Shown: piece after piece, positions 23,831 to 27,908 of the stretch
Layout: each line of letters opens with the position of its first letter
Numbering within the stretch: the first letter of the stretch is position 1
From: Ostreococcus tauri
Lineage: Eukaryota
Assembly (NCBI GenBank): GCA_000214015.2
Contig: CAID01000007.2
Location: forward strand, 207,157 to 235,064
DNA: 27,908 nt
Direction: 5' to 3'
The notes under the pieces: generated by a model
The model's database searches: none
Told to the model about the DNA's origin: nothing
The model's input: the letters and a program-made list of their open reading frames with translations, nothing else
Made by a program: the position numbers and the translations under genes

Positions 23831-25822
23831 CTAGCTTCTTCGCGATGCGTTCGTCGCCGGTTCAAAAGTGCACTCCTCGAGCTCACGACGGACTCGCTCT
23901 TCCGCCAATGCCTTGCGCCGTCGCGCTGCTTTCTCGTCCACGTTCTCCGCCACGCTGAAAGGTTCAGGAATTGTGCGCCTGTGTCGGCGATCGAAATCGT
24001 CCAGTTCCTCATAGAAAACTCTCGCGTATCGCTCTCGCTTTTCTTCTTCAATCTGACGTGCTTTGGCTTGCTTTTGCAAGAATGAGTCCACTCCTTTGAC
24101 CTTGGATATCGAGGGTGAGTACATGGATCGAGTGTCGAGCGTGGTCGTCTCCGGCCGGAACGTGCACTCTTCAAGCTCGCGATACTCAGCTCGCTTGCGG
24201 AGATTCTCGAGCGCGATCTCCTTCTCGCGACGATACGCATCTATGCGCGCGCTAACCGCGTCGCCACCCACGCCATAATCCATCGAGCGTTGACTCTTGT
24301 GTCTGGCTCGCTGCGCGTCGCTCGAGCGATCCAGATTAGGTTCAAACGTGTGCTCTTGCCTGAACTCTCGCTCGATTTCAGCCTGAGCGCGTTTACGCGC
24401 TAGCTCACGTCGTTCATCCCGAGCGAGATCATCGATCGCGCTGCCGTACGGAGCGAGCGTGCGCGACTTTTCGTTGAGTTTGGGCTTGTACGTGAACTGC
24501 TCGTAGTGTTCGCGTTCGCGAGCGCTCTGCTTCGCCCGTTTCATGTCCGCATCATCGAAAGCCAGCCGTCGTGCGCGCTCCTCAGGGGTCTCGATGAGGT
24601 TTCGAACGTATCGTCCACCGCTTCGCAGCACCTCGCCCGCGTTTCCAATGTCTGGCGTGAATGTGCACTCGTCATCTTCCTTCGCGAGCTGTTGCTCTGC
24701 TCGGCGCCGCGCAACTTTTTCGTTGAAATCTCGCTGCCGCTCGAGAAACCCAGCGCCCAGCTTCCCTCTTCGCGTCAATTCGTCGACAACTTTCCCACTC
24801 TTGGACACGAGCTTTGGCTCGAACGTGAAATCTGCGTCAGGGTCATCCGTTCTGAACCGACGTCTAGGCGCCGAGGTGCGCTCGTCGGCGCCGTCCGCCA
24901 TAGACCTTTCAATCTCAGCGCGCTGCTTTGCCAGCGCCACGCTCGTCGGATTAAGCGTCGGTTTGAACGTGTGCGATTTCGAGAGTTCGTCCTCGACCTT
25001 GGCTCGAGCCGTTTCTTTCACGCGTTCCTTCGCTCGCAACACGTCGTTCACACGCTCGTGCAGCGGCGGCACCTTGGCGATCTTCGCACGAACCTCTGGC
25101 GGTGGTGATCGGACCGACGGTCGAAATGTCAGGTTTCCCATCTCTTCCGCCGCCAAGCGCGCGTGTTCGCGCTCTCTGCTCTCCAACTTTTTATCGGCGA
25201 GCTCGTACAACCGCTCGCTCGCTGGTTTCGAACTCGATGCCTTGGGTTTCCGCCCCGTCTTCGGCGCAAACGTGCAGTTCGCTCCGAAAACCTCTGCATC
25301 CCTCGCCGCTTTCTCGTTCGCCGCGCGTTCCCACATCGCCGTCTTCGGCTTGGCGAGCTTATCCAGCGTCGTCTCTCCGCTCGCGTCTCGCCTCCGCGCC
25401 TCGACGTGCACCCTCGGCGAGAACGTCTCCTCCATTCGCCGCCGCGCCAACACCTCCGCCTCCACCTTTTTCCTCGAGTGCCTTCCCGCCAAGCGTTCGC
25501 TCCGCTCACGCCTCGCCGCGTTCGGTACCTCGCCGCCCGCCGTCCCGTCCGCCGTCCCCGTCCGCCGCCGCCTCGCCGCCGCCTCCCGCGTCGCCCGCGC
25601 CCGCGCCGCCGCCTCCACGCGCGCCGCGCGCCGTCGCCACTCGTAATCCATGTACCTCGCTCGCGTCGTCGTCCACCGCTCGCCACCTCGCGCGCCCGTC
25701 GGTTCCTCGCTCGTTGATTCCGACGACGACGACCCATCCACCGCATCCATCGCCGCGCGCTCCAACGCCCGCGCCCGTCGCACGAGCTCGCGCGCGCGCG
25801 CGCGACGCGCGTCGTCCGTCAT
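23831..25822 (-). CDS. Charged repeat protein with ten [C/H]-T-F-x-P motifs (unknown family)
   Basis: ATG verified at 25820-25822 and TAG at 23831-23833. The motif occurrences are ETFSP, NCTFAP, NLTFRP, SHTFKP, DFTFEP, ECTFTP, QFTYKP, EHTFEP, ECTFRP and ECTFEP, with the T at residues 133, 184, 232, 285, 333, 387, 444, 492, 554 and 652. They are separated by Arg/Glu/Lys/Ala-rich helical spacers. Confidence 0.7.
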   Translation of the reverse strand: MTDDARRARARELVRRARALERAAMDAVDGSSSSESTSEEPTGARGGERWTTTRARYMDYEWRRRAARVEAAARARATREAAARRRRTGTADGTAGGEVPNAARRERSERLAGRHSRKKVEAEVLARRRMEETFSPRVHVEARRRDASGETTLDKLAKPKTAMWERAANEKAARDAEVFGANCTFAPKTGRKPKASSSKPASERLYELADKKLESREREHARLAAEEMGNLTFRPSVRSPPPEVRAKIAKVPPLHERVNDVLRAKERVKETARAKVEDELSKSHTFKPTLNPTSVALAKQRAEIERSMADGADERTSAPRRRFRTDDPDADFTFEPKLVSKSGKVVDELTRRGKLGAGFLERQRDFNEKVARRRAEQQLAKEDDECTFTPDIGNAGEVLRSGGRYVRNLIETPEERARRLAFDDADMKRAKQSAREREHYEQFTYKPKLNEKSRTLAPYGSAIDDLARDERRELARKRAQAEIEREFRQEHTFEPNLDRSSDAQRARHKSQRSMDYGVGGDAVSARIDAYRREKEIALENLRKRAEYRELEECTFRPETTTLDTRSMYSPSISKVKGVDSFLQKQAKARQIEEEKRERYARVFYEELDDFDRRHRRTIPEPFSVAENVDEKAARRRKALAEERVRRELEECTFEPATNASRRS

Positions 25823-25896
25823 CGCGCGCGTCGGCGTCGCCCGTCCGCGCGCGCGGCGACGGCGCGGGCGCGAGCGACCGCGTCGGCATTCAAATC

Positions 25897-25931
25897 TAGG
25901 GTTTAGCGTGCGCGAATGTAGGGTTTAGCGT
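25897..25931. promoter_or_regulatory. Tandem 13-mer TAGGGTTTAGCGT x2 (25897-25909, 25919-25931); each contains the reverse complement of the plant telo-box core AAACCCTA
   Basis: Read directly. The copies are exact and 22 bp apart. They lie 75-110 bp upstream of the minus-strand ATG at 25822 and about 180-310 bp upstream of the candidate FtsZ ATGs. Confidence 0.6.
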
Positions 25932-26209
25932 ACACGCCGCCCAGCACACGACACGGGTGAATATTGATTGCACTACGACGGTCGCACGCCCCGACGGGTC
26001 GACGACGCGTGACGGGTCATGACTCGACGTGTCGGAGACTCGAGACCCCGCGCGAATCATTCGATCGCGCCCCCGGCGCGCGCGACGTCGACACACCGAA
26101 ACGACGGGCGCGATGGCGTGCGCGCGCGCGATGACGCGCGCGTCGACGCGTGGGTTGAGGTGCGCGCGCGCGGTGACGACGACGGGACGACGCGCGACGC
26201 GCGGGAGGG

Positions 26210-27649
26210 ATGGCGCGTCGGATGATTTTTAAACGCGGTTCAAACGCGCGCGTGCCCTCGAGGGCGACGGTCTTCGCGAGGGCGCGCGCGCGCGTGACGG
26301 GGGTGATGGACGCGGGCGCGCGGGGTGGGAAGACGTCGTTCGATGCGTCGGTGACGACGGGTGGGGAGGGGTGCGCGTTGAGATTTCAGAGACTGACTTT
26401 TGGACGACGATCCACCGACAGACGAAGCGAGGCGACGCGCGCGAGGAGCGCGAGAGCGACGAGCAGAGCGTCGCGATGCGTGACGCGCGCGGCGACGAAC
26501 GCGGCGACGATAAAGGTTATTGGCGTCGGCGGTGGTGGATCGAACGCGGTGAACCGGATGCAGAACTCGGACATCACGGGGGTGGAGTTTTGGATCGTGA
26601 ACACGGACGCCCAGGCCCTGGACCAGCAAGCGGTGGACGCGCCGAACCAGCTGCAAATCGGTGCTGAGCTCACGCGTGGTCTCGGTGCTGGAGGGAACCC
26701 AGAGATTGGTCAAAAGGCGGCGGAAGAGAGCCGAACGGCGGTCGAGGCGGCGTTGACTGGGGCTGATATGGTGTTCGTGACGGCGGGCATGGGTGGAGGC
26801 ACCGGATCCGGCGCCGCGCCGGTGGTCGCTCAAGTCGCCAAATCCGCCGGTATTTTGACCGTCGGTATCGTCACTATGCCGTTCAAGTTCGAGGGGCGCC
26901 AACGATACAACCAAGCGATGGAGGCTGTCGAGCGTTTGCGCCAAAACGTTGACACGCTCATCGTCATTCCGAACGACCGCCTCCTCGCCGCCGTTGACCC
27001 GACTTTGTCTGTGCAAGACGCCTTCTTGCTCGCTGACGACATCCTTCGTCAAGGCGTCCGCGGTATAACCGATATTATTACTTTGCCGGGCTTAATCAAC
27101 GTCGATTTCGCCGATGTTCGCGCCGTCATGGCGGATGCCGGTTCTTCTCTCATGGGTATCGGCCGAGCATCTGGCAAGAACCGCGCGCGCGAAGCCGCGG
27201 AAGCGGCCATTTCATCTCCGTTGCTCGACCTGGGCATCGATCGTGCCACCGGTATCGTGTGGAACATCACCGGTGGCTCCGATTTGACTTTGCACGAGGT
27301 GAACGAAGCCGCAGAGGTGATTTATGATCTCGTTGACCCGTCGGCGCTCATCATCTTTGGCGCCGTGATTAAGGATGGTAACCGCGCCACCGATGGCGAG
27401 GTGTCCATCACTCTCATCGCCACCGGCTTCTCGCCGTCGGCGGGCATCAACCAAGCTGCAGCGGCGCCAGTCTCTCGACAAGCGTCTCGACAAACGTCTT
27501 TCAGCCAACCAACTGGTGGTCGTACGCCGATCAAGGGCTGGAGCCAAAACCAAGAACCGGCGCCGTCGCGCAACGGCGCTGACAAGCAGCCGGTTGAAGA
27601 ATCGCGCGGCGGGATCCCCGCTTTCTTGAAGCGCAGAATGGGTCGTTAA
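26210..27649 (+). CDS. ftsZ: Plastid-division protein FtsZ, FtsZ2-type (C-terminal core peptide present)
   Basis: [57 protein letters not shown] (tubulin/FtsZ signature), [14 protein letters not shown] and [10 protein letters not shown] are all present. The C-terminal GIPAFLKRR matches the D/G-I/V-P-x-F-L-R/K-R/K core motif of FtsZ2 and bacterial FtsZ. About 100 aa of Arg/Ala/Ser/Thr-rich N-terminal extension is present. ATG verified at 26210. An alternative spliced 5' end is described in the findings. Confidence 0.9.
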   Translation: MARRMIFKRGSNARVPSRATVFARARARVTGVMDAGARGGKTSFDASVTTGGEGCALRFQRLTFGRRSTDRRSEATRARSARATSRASRCVTRAATNAATIKVIGVGGGGSNAVNRMQNSDITGVEFWIVNTDAQALDQQAVDAPNQLQIGAELTRGLGAGGNPEIGQKAAEESRTAVEAALTGADMVFVTAGMGGGTGSGAAPVVAQVAKSAGILTVGIVTMPFKFEGRQRYNQAMEAVERLRQNVDTLIVIPNDRLLAAVDPTLSVQDAFLLADDILRQGVRGITDIITLPGLINVDFADVRAVMADAGSSLMGIGRASGKNRAREAAEAAISSPLLDLGIDRATGIVWNITGGSDLTLHEVNEAAEVIYDLVDPSALIIFGAVIKDGNRATDGEVSITLIATGFSPSAGINQAAAAPVSRQASRQTSFSQPTGGRTPIKGWSQNQEPAPSRNGADKQPVEESRGGIPAFLKRRMGR

Positions 27650-27744
27650 GTTACGGCGATTCAGTTTGTACACCAAGTTTAGAGATCCTCTTTTTGATAA
27701 ACAACAGCTCAGATGTGCGGAAAAACCGACTCTACGCGTTTCAC

Positions 27745-27908
27745 TCATCTCAAAAGATGGTCCAACTTATTCACCTCCGATAGGCTCAACTTGAGCTCCC
27801 GGCGCTTCAAAGCAACCTCTTCCACGAACTCATCCACGGTTTTCGACATTTTCTTTCGATAATTGGACGAGTCCAAGAGGTGAATCATGATCACCGCAAA
27901 GTCTCGAC
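27745..27908 (-). CDS. C-terminal end of an unidentified protein (gene continues beyond the window)
   Basis: It is not in the ORF track because no long start-anchored ORF exists there. The minus-strand frame is open from the window edge: RDFAVIMIHLLDSSNYRKKMSKTVDEFVEEVALKRRELKLSLSEVNKLDHLLR, ending in TGA at 27745-27747. The composition is non-repetitive, and the gene converges on FtsZ. No family recognised. Confidence 0.35.
   Translation of the reverse strand, partial: RDFAVIMIHLLDSSNYRKKMSKTVDEFVEEVALKRRELKLSLSEVNKLDHLLR

Noticed and set aside
24543-25899. Stack of overlapping ORFs (24543..25646 +, 25102..25899 +, 25163..25717 +, 25129..25746 -, 25506..25889 -) over the repeat-protein gene
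   Set aside because: All are Arg/Pro/Ala/Ser homopolymer-like translations. Only the 23831..25822 minus frame shows the periodic [C/H]TFxP motif and balanced composition.
26240-27052. 270-aa minus-strand ORF, with 23118..23792 -, 7785..8510 -, 9677..10225 - and 11220..11874 -, antisense to FtsZ, pfkB, CBP80 and FolD
   Set aside because: Each lies opposite a gene with strong family motifs and has low-complexity translation, so these are compositional artefacts.
1-27908. Prokaryote-style interpretation (operons, defence island, CRISPR array, IS elements, integrases)
   Set aside because: I found no repeat-spacer arrays, inverted-repeat-bounded elements or transposase/integrase-like ORFs. The genes carry spliceosomal GT-AG introns, targeting presequences, a KDEL signal and eukaryote-only families (CBP80, PRA1, SDF2, CEP120-like). 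The tRNA has a 37/38 intron and a Pol III T-run.

Overview
This window is very GC- and CpG-rich, extremely gene-dense eukaryotic nuclear DNA, not prokaryotic. I support about 19 protein-coding genes and one tRNA gene in 27.9 kb. Genes lie on both strands, spacers are mostly 35-330 bp, and most genes are single-exon. Four genes need short GT-AG introns to restore conserved protein sequence. Gene content: sulfotransferase (partial), VAT-1/quinone-oxidoreductase-like MDR, CEP120-like centriolar protein, PRA1, KDEL-tagged SDF2, cap-binding CBP80, organellar bL27, FolD with presequence, intron-containing tRNA-Met, mutarotase-like protein, shikimate-kinase-like protein, two large coiled-coil proteins, LYR protein, full-length ABCC transporter, pfkB kinase and FtsZ2-type FtsZ. 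Together with the composition, this suggests a green picoalga of the Mamiellophyceae type (Micromonas/Ostreococcus-like). The centriole/cilium-type proteins favour a flagellated member. That assignment is inference only. Many ORF-track entries are compositional artefacts: stop codons are rare in GC-rich DNA, and several track starts are GTG, not ATG. I see no CRISPR array, mobile element, operon or coherent new multi-gene system. The observations most worth follow-up are listed here. (1) An elongator tRNA-Met gene carries an unusually long 120-nt intron. (2) A 663-aa protein is built from ten roughly 50-residue-spaced [C/H]-T-F-x-P motifs. (3) A tandem telo-box-like 13-mer sits in a bidirectional promoter. 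(4) Introns of 180-200 nt share a 3' module and could be introner-like. (5) A repeat- and palindrome-rich divergent promoter lies at 4378-4705. (6) A shikimate-kinase-like protein has a destroyed P-loop. All product calls come from motif recognition by eye and need HMM or BLAST confirmation.
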